A stretch of DNA of 64,000 bases from the NCBI RefSeq assembly GCF_000737315.1, contig NZ_JMCB01000025.1, forward strand, positions 1 to 64,000, in the 5' to 3' direction. The position numbers and the translations under genes were made by a program. The notes beneath the pieces are model-generated. The model was not told the origin of the DNA. It saw only the letters and a program-made list of their open reading frames with translations, and did not search any database. Positions 55,538-64,000 of the stretch are shown piece by piece. How positions within the stretch are numbered: the first letter of the stretch is position 1; each line of letters starts with the position of its first letter. This DNA comes from Hyalangium minutum. GTDB lineage: Bacteria > Myxococcota > Myxococcia > Myxococcales > Myxococcaceae.

Positions 55538-58500
55538 ATGCCGTGGGAGATGGTGGATGTGCTCATTCTCACCGCCCTCCAGGCTGAGTACGACGCCGTG
55601 CTGAAGGAAGACGTCGACGCTCTGCCGGGCAGCTCCTGGGAGCGGCGGATGGGGCCGCTGGGCCTGGAAGTCGCGCTTCGCACCTTCCGTGGGCAGGGCG
55701 GCGGGACGCTCCGTGTGGCCGTGACCCGTCTCCTCGAGAAGGTCGGCGTGGCCCCTGCGTATGCCGCGGCTCCGCTCGTGCGCGTCTTTTCGCCTCGGTG
55801 TCTGGCGATCCGTACTGAGGGCTCCGCGCTTTCCGCGCTCGCGTCCCGGCAAGACATTCCCTACCGGCTGGTGATGAAGGGGACGGTGGAGGGAGCCGAC
55901 CTGGTTTGGAGCGCCAAAGTGCCTCCGATGCAGCGCCCCCAGGAACTTGTTCCGAGCAGCACGGGAGACCTGGAGGCGCTTCTCGCCCCTGGTACCCGAG
56001 CGCCTCCCAAAGATGGAGGGCCCGTGGCGCTGTTGGATGCGCGCCATGCGTCCGTGGACTTCTTCGAGCCGATCCACGCGGAGCTGCTGCAGGACCTCCA
56101 GTCCTGGTGCGGCGAGGACGAGCCCGTCAGTGTCCGGCTCTTCCATGGAGCGGCTGGCACCGGCAAGACGCGTCTGTTCATTGAAAGCATCCAGCGGCTG
56201 CGTGGCCAGGGCTGGCGAGCGGGGTTTCTGCACGAGGCGGTGGAGCCGGACCACTTCGAGGAACTGCTGGCTGCGGCCTCCGAGCGGCCCACGCTCGTCG
56301 TCATCGATCGGGCAGAGAGCCTTCCTCGGCTGGGTGCGCTGCTCCTGTCCGTGGCGCACCGTCGCAAAGCAGGAGGCCCGGGACGCTTCCGACTGGCCCT
56401 CATCGCTCGCGAGGCAGGCGGATGGTGGGAGCTGCTTCAGCGGCGCAGCCTCGAGCTGCGGAAGCTCTTGAAGGATCGCTTGCCGACGGAGGTCGCTTCC
56501 ATCGCTCCCTCGCAGCGCGAGGCGGTCTTCGAGCACGCGGCTCAGCGGTTCGCCTCCCTCCTGGGACGGACGCCTCCGGCCTCCTCGGTGGCAATCTCCG
56601 ATCCTCGCTTTGATCGGGTGCTCCCCCTTCACATGGCTGCGTTGGCCGCAGTCCTCGGGAAGCCTTTCACGCCAGAGTCTCTGAGCGAGGCGCTTCTGGG
56701 CGAAGAGGGGGCATTCTGGGGCTCTCGGGTGGAGGGAGGCGAGCGGCCATTCCAAGAGCTGGTCCTGCGTTCCATCGCTGCGTGGATCCTCACGGGCGGT
56801 GCTTCGACCTCGGAGGATGCGCGAGCGCTGCTCCTTCTGCGAAACCTGTACCCAGGGCTCGCTGCGGAAGCTGGGCACTGGGAGCCAGAGCTGCTCGGTG
56901 AGGCGCTGGTGTTGAGGGCGCTGCGTCGAGAAGGAGCGTCGGCGGGGGATTGGTTGAAGCGGATCCTTGAAGGCGCGGACGCGCGAGCGGCTCGCACCGC
57001 CTTCGAGGTGCTCGGGCGTTTGTCCGCAGAGGCCCCTGAGGCTGGGGAGTGGATCGCGGCGCTGCTTGCGGGTGCTGTCAGCGTGCGGGCCACCGCTGCG
57101 CTGGAAGCGGCGAAGGCGATTGGACAGCGCCCCGCTTACGCTGCCTTGGGCCGTGAGCTCGCCAAGGCCCTTGAGCGCGAGGGCACACCCCTGGTGGCGG
57201 AGTTGCTCGAAGCGTCCGGGCTCCCGGAGTTCGTGGCACCCCTGCGCGAGGTCTCCGTCTGGGTCAAGACCACGCTGCTGAACCACCTCCCTCCGGGCGA
57301 GACTCCGCGCGCACGAATCGAACAAGCGAGGTTCCGTGGCAGCTTGGGCTCATTGCTGGGAATGCTCGGGCGGCGCGAGGAGGCGCTGGGCTTCGTGAAG
57401 GAGGCCGTGGAGCACTATCGCCAGCTGGCTGCCGCGCACCCGGAGGTCTTCCGCGTGGACCTTGCCCTGGGACTGACGGACCTGGGCGTCGTGCAGGGCG
57501 AGCTTGGCCAGCGTGAGGAGGCCCTGGCAGCCATGCAAGAGGCGGTGTCGATCCGCCGCACCCTCGCGGAGGAGTCCCCGAGGGAGTTCCTCCCCATCCT
57601 CGCGGTGAACCTGAATGGCCTCGCCAGGGCTCAGAGCGCCCTGGGTCGCAGGGAGGAGGCCCTGGCCTCCATGCAGGAGGCGGTGAGCCACTACCGCGCG
57701 CTCGCCAAGAAGCGCCCGGAGTCCTTCCTCCCCGAGCTGGCCGCGAGCCTCAACAACCTGAGCTCCATGCAGAGCGCCCTGGGCCACAAGGCTGAGTCCC
57801 AGTCCTCCATCCATGAGGCCGTGGGCCACTACCGCACGATCGCCAAAAAGCACCCCGAGCCATACCTCCCCGAGCTGGCTGGCAGTCTGACGAACCTCGC
57901 CATCGTCCAGGGCGAGCTGGGGCAGCGCGAGGAGGCCCTGGCCCTCGCGCAAGAGTCCGTGGCCCTCTTCCGTCAGCTCATGGAGGCCCGCATCGAGGAG
58001 CACCTGCCTCCGTTCGCGACGAGCCTCACCTGCCTCGCGGGCGCTCTGAGCGCGCTGGGCCGCCGGGACGAGGCGCTCTCCTGGATGCTGGAGTCCGTGG
58101 CCATCCGCCGCAAGCTGGCCGAGGAGCGTCCCCAGTCGTTCCTCGCGGATCTCGCCATGAGCCTGGTCAATCTCAGCGTTTTCCAGAACGAGCTGGGCCG
58201 CCGCGAGGAATCCCTCGCCACGGTGAAGGAGGCCGCCGAGCGCTACCGCAAGCTGGCCCAGGCGTACTCGTCAGCGTACCTCCCCGCCCTGGCCGTCTGT
58301 CTGAGCAACCTCGCGGCGGTGCAGAGCTCCCTGGGCCGCAACGCGGAGGCCCTGGCCTCGGTCCAGGAGGCCGTGGAGTATTACCGCCGGCTCGCCAAGG
58401 TGATGCCAGCCATGTTCCTCTCGCAGCTCGCCGCGAGCCTCAACACCCTCGGCAGCGTGCAGAGCGGCCTGGAGCTGTGGACCGAGGCCCTGGCCTCCGT

Positions 58501-59107
58501 GCAGGAGGGCGTGGAGATCCGCCGCCAGCTCGCCCAGGAGCAGCCCCAGGCGGGACTCCCCGAGCTGGCGCTGAGCTTGAGCAACCTGGGCGCGCTGCTG
58601 AGCGCCCAGGGCCGAGGAGAGGAGGCCCTCGCCGCGCTCGGAGAGGCCGTGGACATCCGCCGCCGGCTGGCCGCGGAGCACCCGCGGGCCTTCCGCTCCG
58701 ACTTGGCCACCAGCCTCAACAACCTGGGCACCCTGCAGGGCACCCTGGGCCGTACTGCGGAGGCGCTGGCCTCGGTGCGGGAGGCGGTGGGCATCCGTCG
58801 CCTGCTCGCCGAGGAGCACCCCGAGGCCTTTCGTCCGGAGCTGGCCGTGAGCGTCGCCACCTTGAGCCAGGTTCAGAAGGTCCAGGGCCAGGGAGCCGAG
58901 GCGCTGGCCTCGCTGCACGAGGCGCTCGACATCATCTGGCCCTTCTTCCTCAAGCTGCCCACCGCCTTCACCGCCTTCACCGGCACCCTCTTTCAGGAGC
59001 TCACCACCCTCCATGCGCAGGTGGGCACGGCGCCGCCCGCCTCCTTGAAGGAGCGCCTGGAGACCTGGAGCGTGATGCTGGAGAAGGCCCGTGCCCGGAT
59101 GCACTGA
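55538..59107 (+). CDS. NLR/STAND-like protein: remnant PNP domain, P-loop NTPase, 12 TPR-like repeats (start may be TTG 55514)
   Basis: VDVLILTALQAEYDAV...LRVAV...PRCLA; GAAGTGKT Walker A; LVVIDRAE Walker B; 46-aa repeats PELAxSLNNL...LG.R.EAL...QEAV..YR.LA. Confidence 0.85.
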   Translation: MPWEMVDVLILTALQAEYDAVLKEDVDALPGSSWERRMGPLGLEVALRTFRGQGGGTLRVAVTRLLEKVGVAPAYAAAPLVRVFSPRCLAIRTEGSALSALASRQDIPYRLVMKGTVEGADLVWSAKVPPMQRPQELVPSSTGDLEALLAPGTRAPPKDGGPVALLDARHASVDFFEPIHAELLQDLQSWCGEDEPVSVRLFHGAAGTGKTRLFIESIQRLRGQGWRAGFLHEAVEPDHFEELLAAASERPTLVVIDRAESLPRLGALLLSVAHRRKAGGPGRFRLALIAREAGGWWELLQRRSLELRKLLKDRLPTEVASIAPSQREAVFEHAAQRFASLLGRTPPASSVAISDPRFDRVLPLHMAALAAVLGKPFTPESLSEALLGEEGAFWGSRVEGGERPFQELVLRSIAAWILTGGASTSEDARALLLLRNLYPGLAAEAGHWEPELLGEALVLRALRREGASAGDWLKRILEGADARAARTAFEVLGRLSAEAPEAGEWIAALLAGAVSVRATAALEAAKAIGQRPAYAALGRELAKALEREGTPLVAELLEASGLPEFVAPLREVSVWVKTTLLNHLPPGETPRARIEQARFRGSLGSLLGMLGRREEALGFVKEAVEHYRQLAAAHPEVFRVDLALGLTDLGVVQGELGQREEALAAMQEAVSIRRTLAEESPREFLPILAVNLNGLARAQSALGRREEALASMQEAVSHYRALAKKRPESFLPELAASLNNLSSMQSALGHKAESQSSIHEAVGHYRTIAKKHPEPYLPELAGSLTNLAIVQGELGQREEALALAQESVALFRQLMEARIEEHLPPFATSLTCLAGALSALGRRDEALSWMLESVAIRRKLAEERPQSFLADLAMSLVNLSVFQNELGRREESLATVKEAAERYRKLAQAYSSAYLPALAVCLSNLAAVQSSLGRNAEALASVQEAVEYYRRLAKVMPAMFLSQLAASLNTLGSVQSGLELWTEALASVQEGVEIRRQLAQEQPQAGLPELALSLSNLGALLSAQGRGEEALAALGEAVDIRRRLAAEHPRAFRSDLATSLNNLGTLQGTLGRTAEALASVREAVGIRRLLAEEHPEAFRPELAVSVATLSQVQKVQGQGAEALASLHEALDIIWPFFLKLPTAFTAFTGTLFQELTTLHAQVGTAPPASLKERLETWSVMLEKARARMH
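57329..58960 (+). repeat. 12 degenerate 138-bp (46-aa) coding repeats forming the TPR-like solenoid
   Basis: counted in the translation, e.g. PELAASLNNLSSMQSALGHKAESQSSIHEAVGHYRTIAKKHPEPYL; end points approximate. Confidence 0.8.
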
Positions 59108-59130
59108 TTTGAGAGGTTTGGTTTCTCAAA
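59108..59130. promoter_or_regulatory. inverted repeat TTTGAGA-N9-TCTCAAA (possible activator site or weak terminator)
   Basis: directly after the NTPase-TPR stop, about 60 bp upstream of the sigma54-like element. Confidence 0.4.
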
Positions 59131-59189
59131 ATGAGTGCCTGGATGCTGCTGTGAGAACATGAGATTAGTAATTTCAGCTGTTTAGGGTG

Positions 59190-59205
59190 TGGCAAGGGGC
59201 TTGCT
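59190..59205 (+). promoter_or_regulatory. sigma54 -24/-12 promoter upstream of the pirin gene
   Basis: TGGCAAGGGGCTTGCT matches TGGCAC-N5-TTGCW with correct spacing, in an AT-rich intergenic region. Confidence 0.7.
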
Positions 59206-59293
59206 TTAGTACAGGTCGTCACGATGGAGAACGGGAGAGCCCGCAACGCCCACCGTGGCAGGGCATCTCACAGGTAGCAGAAAGGAGCACCGT

Positions 59294-59989
59294 ATGATCA
59301 CCCTTCGACCCTCTGAAGCTCGCGGCCACGCCAACCACGGTTGGCTCGATACCTACCACTCGTTCTCGTTCGCGGATTACTACGACCTGGAGCACATGGG
59401 CTTCCGCAGCCTCCGCGTCATCAACGAGGACTACGTGGCGCCGCGCCAGGGCTTCGGCACTCACCCGCACCGGGACATGGAGATCATCACCTACGTGCTC
59501 GGCGGGCAGGTGGAGCACAAGGACAGCATGGGCACCACCAGCGTCATCCGCCCGGGCGAGGTGCAGCGCATGAGCGCCGGCACCGGCGTGCTGCACAGCG
59601 AGGTGAACCGGTTCGACGAGACCCTGCACATGCTGCAGATCTGGATCCTCCCCGAGCGCCGCGGCCTGACGCCCGGCTACGAGCAGAAGGCGTTCTCCGA
59701 GCAGGAGCGCCAGGGGCGGTTCCGCGTGGTGGCCTCGCCGGAAGGGCGTGACGGGTCGGTCGTGGTCCACCAGGACATGACGCTGCACAGCACCTTGCTC
59801 GGCAAGGGCGAGAAGGCCGAGTACACGCTGAAGCCCGGCCGGCACGCGTGGATTCAGATTGCCCGGGGCTCGGGCACGCTGAATGGCGTGGCGGTGAAGG
59901 CGGGCGATGGCGTGGCCATCTCCGACGAGAGCACCCTGGTGCTCACGGCCGGCGAGCCGGTCGAGGCGCTGCTGTTCGACCTGGCCTGA
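59294..59989 (+). CDS. pirin family protein (YhhW-like)
   Basis: AAGGAG RBS; [49 protein letters not shown]. Confidence 0.94.
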   Translation: MITLRPSEARGHANHGWLDTYHSFSFADYYDLEHMGFRSLRVINEDYVAPRQGFGTHPHRDMEIITYVLGGQVEHKDSMGTTSVIRPGEVQRMSAGTGVLHSEVNRFDETLHMLQIWILPERRGLTPGYEQKAFSEQERQGRFRVVASPEGRDGSVVVHQDMTLHSTLLGKGEKAEYTLKPGRHAWIQIARGSGTLNGVAVKAGDGVAISDESTLVLTAGEPVEALLFDLA

Positions 59990-60013
59990 CAGAATGTCCA
60001 GGAAGTGCGGAGT

Positions 60014-60044
60014 GGGCCCGCGGAATAGATCTTTCCGCGGGCCC
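60014..60044. terminator. 12-bp-stem hairpin after pirin
   Basis: GGGCCCGCGGAA (60014-60025) pairs with TTCCGCGGGCCC (60033-60044). Confidence 0.65.
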
Positions 60045-60106
60045 GCCCGTTTCAGGGGAACACGCACGCGAAACCCGCCTCTTTTCGCCCCCCCTGGAGC
60101 CTGTCC

Positions 60107-61282
60107 ATGCCTCTGAACTTCCTCGCGCGGCCTGTCCTGGCCGCCGCGCTCGCCACCGTTGCGCTCGCTGCTCCCCTGGCCTCCGCCGCCGACGTCCCTG
60201 CCACGCAGGTGACGGAGCAGCCGAAGCAGGCCCGGCCGCAGATCGAGGTCGTCTTCGTCATCGACACGACGGGCTCCATGAACGGGCTGATCGAGGGCGC
60301 CAAGCAGAAGATCTTCTCCATTGCCTCGCGCATCGCCACGGGCAAGCCGACGCCGCAACTCAAGGTGGGCCTGGTGGCCTACCGGGACGAGGGCGACGCG
60401 TACGTGACGAAGCGCTTCGACCTGAGCGAGGACCTGGACACGGTCTTCACCCATCTGCGCAAGTTCCAGGCCGATGGCGGCGGTGACACCCCCGAGCACG
60501 TGGGCCGCGGGCTGGGCGAGGCCGTGTCGAAGATGTCCTGGAGCGACAACCGCGAGACGATGAAGGTCATCTTCCTGGTCGGCGACGCGCCTCCGGCCGA
60601 GCGCGGCGACCAGTGGAACTTCAAGCACTGGGCGAAGCAGGCCAAGGAGCGCCACATCGTGGTGAACACGGTGCGCTGCGGCGCGGATACCGAGACGGCC
60701 ACCGCATGGCGGTACGTGGCCAAGCTCACGGATGGCACGTTCGACAGCATTGGCCAGGAGGGCGGCATGCTGGCGGTGGCCACGCCGTATGACGCGGAGC
60801 TGGCGAAGGTGAACGCGGAGATCGCCTCGAAGACGCTGTACACGGGCTCTGTGGCGGTGCAGGCGGCGAACCGGGACCGTGTGCAGCAGATGGCGGCGCT
60901 GGCTCCCGAGGCCGCGGCCGAGCGCATCAGCTACATGAAGAAGGCCCGGTCGGCGGGCTCGGGCAAGGCGGCTCCGGCGGCGAGCAGCGCGCCGGTGGCC
61001 GTGGGCGGGGCGGTGGACCTGGTGGAGAAGCCCGAGGCGCTGGCATCCGTGAAGGAGGCTGAGCTGCCCTCCGAGCTGAAGGGGCTGAAGAAGGAGGAGC
61101 AGTCGCTGAAGGTGAAGCAGCTCTCTGACGAGCGCAAGGTGCTGGAGGCGAAGGCGGCGAAGCTGGCGGCGGATCGCGACACGTGGCGCGCGAAGAATGT
61201 GGCGGAGAAGAAGGACAGCTTCGACGACAACGTGATGAAGAGCGTCCGCACGCAGGCCGCCGGGTATGGTGTGGCCTACTGA
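60107..61282 (+). CDS. secreted von Willebrand factor A domain protein
   Basis: signal peptide; VFVIDTTGSM MIDAS; VAYRD, GGGDTPE, FLVGDAP. Confidence 0.88.
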   Translation: MPLNFLARPVLAAALATVALAAPLASAADVPATQVTEQPKQARPQIEVVFVIDTTGSMNGLIEGAKQKIFSIASRIATGKPTPQLKVGLVAYRDEGDAYVTKRFDLSEDLDTVFTHLRKFQADGGGDTPEHVGRGLGEAVSKMSWSDNRETMKVIFLVGDAPPAERGDQWNFKHWAKQAKERHIVVNTVRCGADTETATAWRYVAKLTDGTFDSIGQEGGMLAVATPYDAELAKVNAEIASKTLYTGSVAVQAANRDRVQQMAALAPEAAAERISYMKKARSAGSGKAAPAASSAPVAVGGAVDLVEKPEALASVKEAELPSELKGLKKEEQSLKVKQLSDERKVLEAKAAKLAADRDTWRAKNVAEKKDSFDDNVMKSVRTQAAGYGVAY

Positions 61283-62700
61283 GTGCCTCGCTCCCTGGAT
61301 GGGGGTGTGAGGGCCCGCTGTGAGGGCAGTGGGCTCCAGGAGATGAAGCCGTAGGTCCGGGGCTTGGAGGCATCCCCGCCCGTAGCCTCCGTGAGTATTC
61401 CTCCCAGCACCACGCCTCCCGCAGCGGTTGTCACGGCATAGCCGTAGTCGTTCTCGAAAGTCCCATCGTGGTCGGTCCACCGGACGTCCCCAGCGGGGCT
61501 GAAGAGCACACCGGCGACGTCATTCTTGCCCTGGCTCTGGAGCTTCCGGTCCGCTCCCAGCTCCAGCGTCGCGGTGAAGTGCCCCACCATCACCACCTCG
61601 CCGGACGGAGTGAGGGCGAGCGCGTGTCCCGAGGTCAGGGTGGGGTAGCGGTGCCGCCAGAGCTCCTCGCCTCGCTCGGTGAGGTGCGAGATGAAGCCCT
61701 CGAAGCCACCCGCGGAGAAGAGGATCTCACCCGGTTGAGGCTTCACCTCGCCCTGGAAGAGGCCCGTCAGGAACAGGGTGCCGTCGGAGGCGGGGACCAC
61801 GGACTTCGCCATGTCGAAGTTCGGACCTCCGAAGGCTCGGGACCAGAGACAGCGCCCGTCACCTGAGAATGCGGCCAGGAATGCATCCGAGTCTCCCGCG
61901 CTGGTGAGCAGGCCCGCTCCGAAGTCCACCGCACCTGCTGCGGGAGCCGCATTGCTGGAGAAGTGGCCGGTGAGCAGCAAGGTGCCGGAGGGCGCCACCG
62001 CGACGTCCCGTCCGATGTCATCCCCCGCGCCGCCGAAGACCTGCGCCCATCGAGGCGTGCCATCCTGGCCCGAGAGCTTCACGAGGAAGAGGTCATTCAG
62101 CCCAGCGCTGGTGCGAGGGCCAAAGCCCAGGTCCACCTCGCCGTCGAAGCGCCCCGTGACGAAGACGTCTCCCGCGGAGTCATATGCCGCCGAGCGGCAG
62201 TCCGAGCCTCCGGCTCCGCCGAACCTCCGCACCCACTGCACTTGGCCGTCCGCTCCCTTCAGCTTCGCTACGAAGCAGTCGGGGCCCCCTGCTCCAGTCC
62301 GTGCGCCCTCCAGGTCCGCTGCTCCCGTGAGATTGCCTGTGACCAGGAGCGAGCCATCGGCTCCCGCCTCGATGGCCTGGCCCAGGTCGTCGCCGGAGCC
62401 GCCCCAGCGCCGCACCCAGCGCACCCGTGTGTCTGGTCCCAGCCGGGCCACGAAGACATCCTGCCCGCCAGCGGACAGCAGGCGCTGGTCGCGTAGGAAG
62501 GTCTCTCCCTCGAAGGAACCGATGGCGAAGAGGTCTCCGTCCTGAGTCGCGAGCCCGCTGATCTGCGAGCTGCCCGAGCCTCCGAGCTCTACGCGCCACG
62601 GAAGTCCTGGAGGAGGAGAGAGGTACTTCGGGGCCGTCGAGCAGCCGCACAGCCCAGCCAGGATGCCTGCCAGCAGAGACGTGAGACGCGAGGGATTCAC
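61276..62700 (-). CDS. lipoprotein with beta-propeller repeats
   Basis: LCGC lipobox; repeated WVRRFGG...D.G..[VI]A..G....TG.F...D.FV.KL units. Confidence 0.8.
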   Translation of the reverse strand: MNPSRLTSLLAGILAGLCGCSTAPKYLSPPPGLPWRVELGGSGSSQISGLATQDGDLFAIGSFEGETFLRDQRLLSAGGQDVFVARLGPDTRVRWVRRWGGSGDDLGQAIEAGADGSLLVTGNLTGAADLEGARTGAGGPDCFVAKLKGADGQVQWVRRFGGAGGSDCRSAAYDSAGDVFVTGRFDGEVDLGFGPRTSAGLNDLFLVKLSGQDGTPRWAQVFGGAGDDIGRDVAVAPSGTLLLTGHFSSNAAPAAGAVDFGAGLLTSAGDSDAFLAAFSGDGRCLWSRAFGGPNFDMAKSVVPASDGTLFLTGLFQGEVKPQPGEILFSAGGFEGFISHLTERGEELWRHRYPTLTSGHALALTPSGEVVMVGHFTATLELGADRKLQSQGKNDVAGVLFSPAGDVRWTDHDGTFENDYGYAVTTAAGGVVLGGILTEATGGDASKPRTYGFISWSPLPSQRALTPPSRERGTQ

Positions 62701-62738
62701 CCGCTCAGTCTACGCGCATCCTCCCGCAGCAGCGCCGC

Positions 62739-63524
62739 TCAGGCGCGGGCGCGAAGGAACTCGAGCAGCGGCGGGTTGACCGCGTGAGGATGGGTGAGGT
62801 TGGCGGCATGGGCGGCTCCGGGGATGGGAACGAAGGAGGAACTGCCCGACATCATCAGGTGGAGCAGCTCTCCTTGCGCCGGAGGCACGCTGAGGTCCTC
62901 CGAGCCATGGAGGATGAGGGAGGGACAGCGGATGTTCTTGAGCTGCGGGTAGATGTCATCCCGCTCCATGAGGCAGAGCGTGGCGGCGAGGATGTGCGCG
63001 CCCGAGAGCACGCGCCAGCGGCTGAACCAGTGTCTGAAGCGGAACGGCTCTCCGAAGAGCTCGCTGGCGAGGATGTTCAGGAGGGGATCGATGGGACCCT
63101 CGGAGGACCAGATCCTCGCCATGTCCAGGTAGATCTCCCGCAGCTGTGGATCCTCCCGCGTGGCGCGCGTGCCCAGGAGCACCAGGGCCTTCACGCGCTC
63201 GGGGTAGCGCAGCGCGGCGCGCAGGGCGCACTGGCCGCCCAGGTTCACGCCTCCCACCACGGCCTGATCGATGCCGAGGTAGTCGAGCAGCGCAATGCAG
63301 TCATCCGCCGAATCCCAGAGCGAGAAGGGCTTGCCGTCCCAGTGCGTGCGGCCCAGCGCGCGCGCGTCCCACCGGATGATGCGGAACTCCGGCGCCAGCA
63401 CGAGCGCCTGGGGATCGAACATCCGGCTGTCCAGCGGGAAGTCGTGTCCCAGGATGAGCGGGCGCCCAGGCCCGCCCGTGTCTTCGTAGTGGATGTTCTG
63501 GCCGTGCAGCGAGGCAAAGGGCAT
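62739..63524 (-). CDS. alpha/beta hydrolase fold protein lacking the nucleophile Ser
   Basis: IHYEDTGG, WDARALG, GGVNLGG at the nucleophile elbow, LHGSED, GAAH. Confidence 0.82.
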   Translation of the reverse strand: MPFASLHGQNIHYEDTGGPGRPLILGHDFPLDSRMFDPQALVLAPEFRIIRWDARALGRTHWDGKPFSLWDSADDCIALLDYLGIDQAVVGGVNLGGQCALRAALRYPERVKALVLLGTRATREDPQLREIYLDMARIWSSEGPIDPLLNILASELFGEPFRFRHWFSRWRVLSGAHILAATLCLMERDDIYPQLKNIRCPSLILHGSEDLSVPPAQGELLHLMMSGSSSFVPIPGAAHAANLTHPHAVNPPLLEFLRARA

Positions 63525-63707
63525 GCGTGCGGCGACGATGCCCGGGCTACCCCCCGCCAGGGGATACCACTCGAGGCGTATCCCCGCGCGAGCCGTGGCG
63601 CGAGGCTTACGCGCGTCCGAGCGTCTGCCATTGCACGCGCACGGAAGGTCGGCTACGGCGCAAGGCCTTGCCAGCCTCTCTTTCGGGAGCTGCACGGAGG
63701 TACCGAG

Positions 63708-64000
63708 ATGAAGGGAACCATCCTGAAGATCGTCCAGGCAGGAGACCCGGTGCTGCGGCAGCAGGCCCGGGACCTGACTCCCGAGGAGATCTCCAGCCCC
63801 GAGGTGAAGGCGCTCATCGAGCGCATGCGCGACACGATGCGCGACACCCCCGGCGTGGGGCTGGCCGCGCCGCAGGTGGGCGTGAGCCTGCGGCTGGTGG
63901 TGGTGGAGGACCGGGCCGAGTACCAGGCGGGGCTCTCGCCTGAGGAACTGGCCCTGCGCGAGCGCAAGCCAGTGCCCTTCCACGTCCTCATCAACCCACG
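63708..64000 (+). CDS. def: peptide deformylase, runs off the window
   Basis: GGAGG RBS; IVQAGDPVLR, GVGLAAPQVG motif I, VLINP. Confidence 0.93.
   Translation, partial: MKGTILKIVQAGDPVLRQQARDLTPEEISSPEVKALIERMRDTMRDTPGVGLAAPQVGVSLRLVVVEDRAEYQAGLSPEELALRERKPVPFHVLINP

Overview
GC-rich DNA that reads as myxobacterial (Cystobacterineae-like; inferred from gene content, lipoprotein density and codon bias). Mostly chromosomal backbone: GMC oxidoreductase pair, several lipoproteins, old yellow enzyme, FHA-sigma54 activator, MFS transporter, fused double amidohydrolase, two-component systems, a beta-propeller di-heme cytochrome c, gpsA, hflX, proB, a PafB/PafC-like WYL pair, an FHA membrane protein, a cardiolipin-synthase-type PLD, acnA, asnS, an HD protein, an ArfB-like factor, pirin, a VWA protein and def. 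Between acnA and asnS lies an ~11 kb orphan T6SS spike/effector island (41.7-52.9 kb). It carries an evolved VgrG with a TNT/ART-like C-terminal toxin plus immunity, a second VgrG, DUF2169, a thiolase-like adaptor, a DUF4150 PAAR-like effector with an unusual deaminase-like C-terminus plus SMI1/KNR4-type immunity, and a TIGR02270 HEAT protein. The adaptor-effector-immunity trio sits on the opposite strand, exactly as if a ~3.2 kb block of a vgrG1b-type operon had been inverted. Also notable are an NLR-like NTPase-TPR protein with an internally deleted PNP domain and two good sigma54 promoter matches. No rRNA, tRNA, CRISPR array, transposase or recombinase was recognised. All family assignments come from motif recognition by eye; no database search was run.
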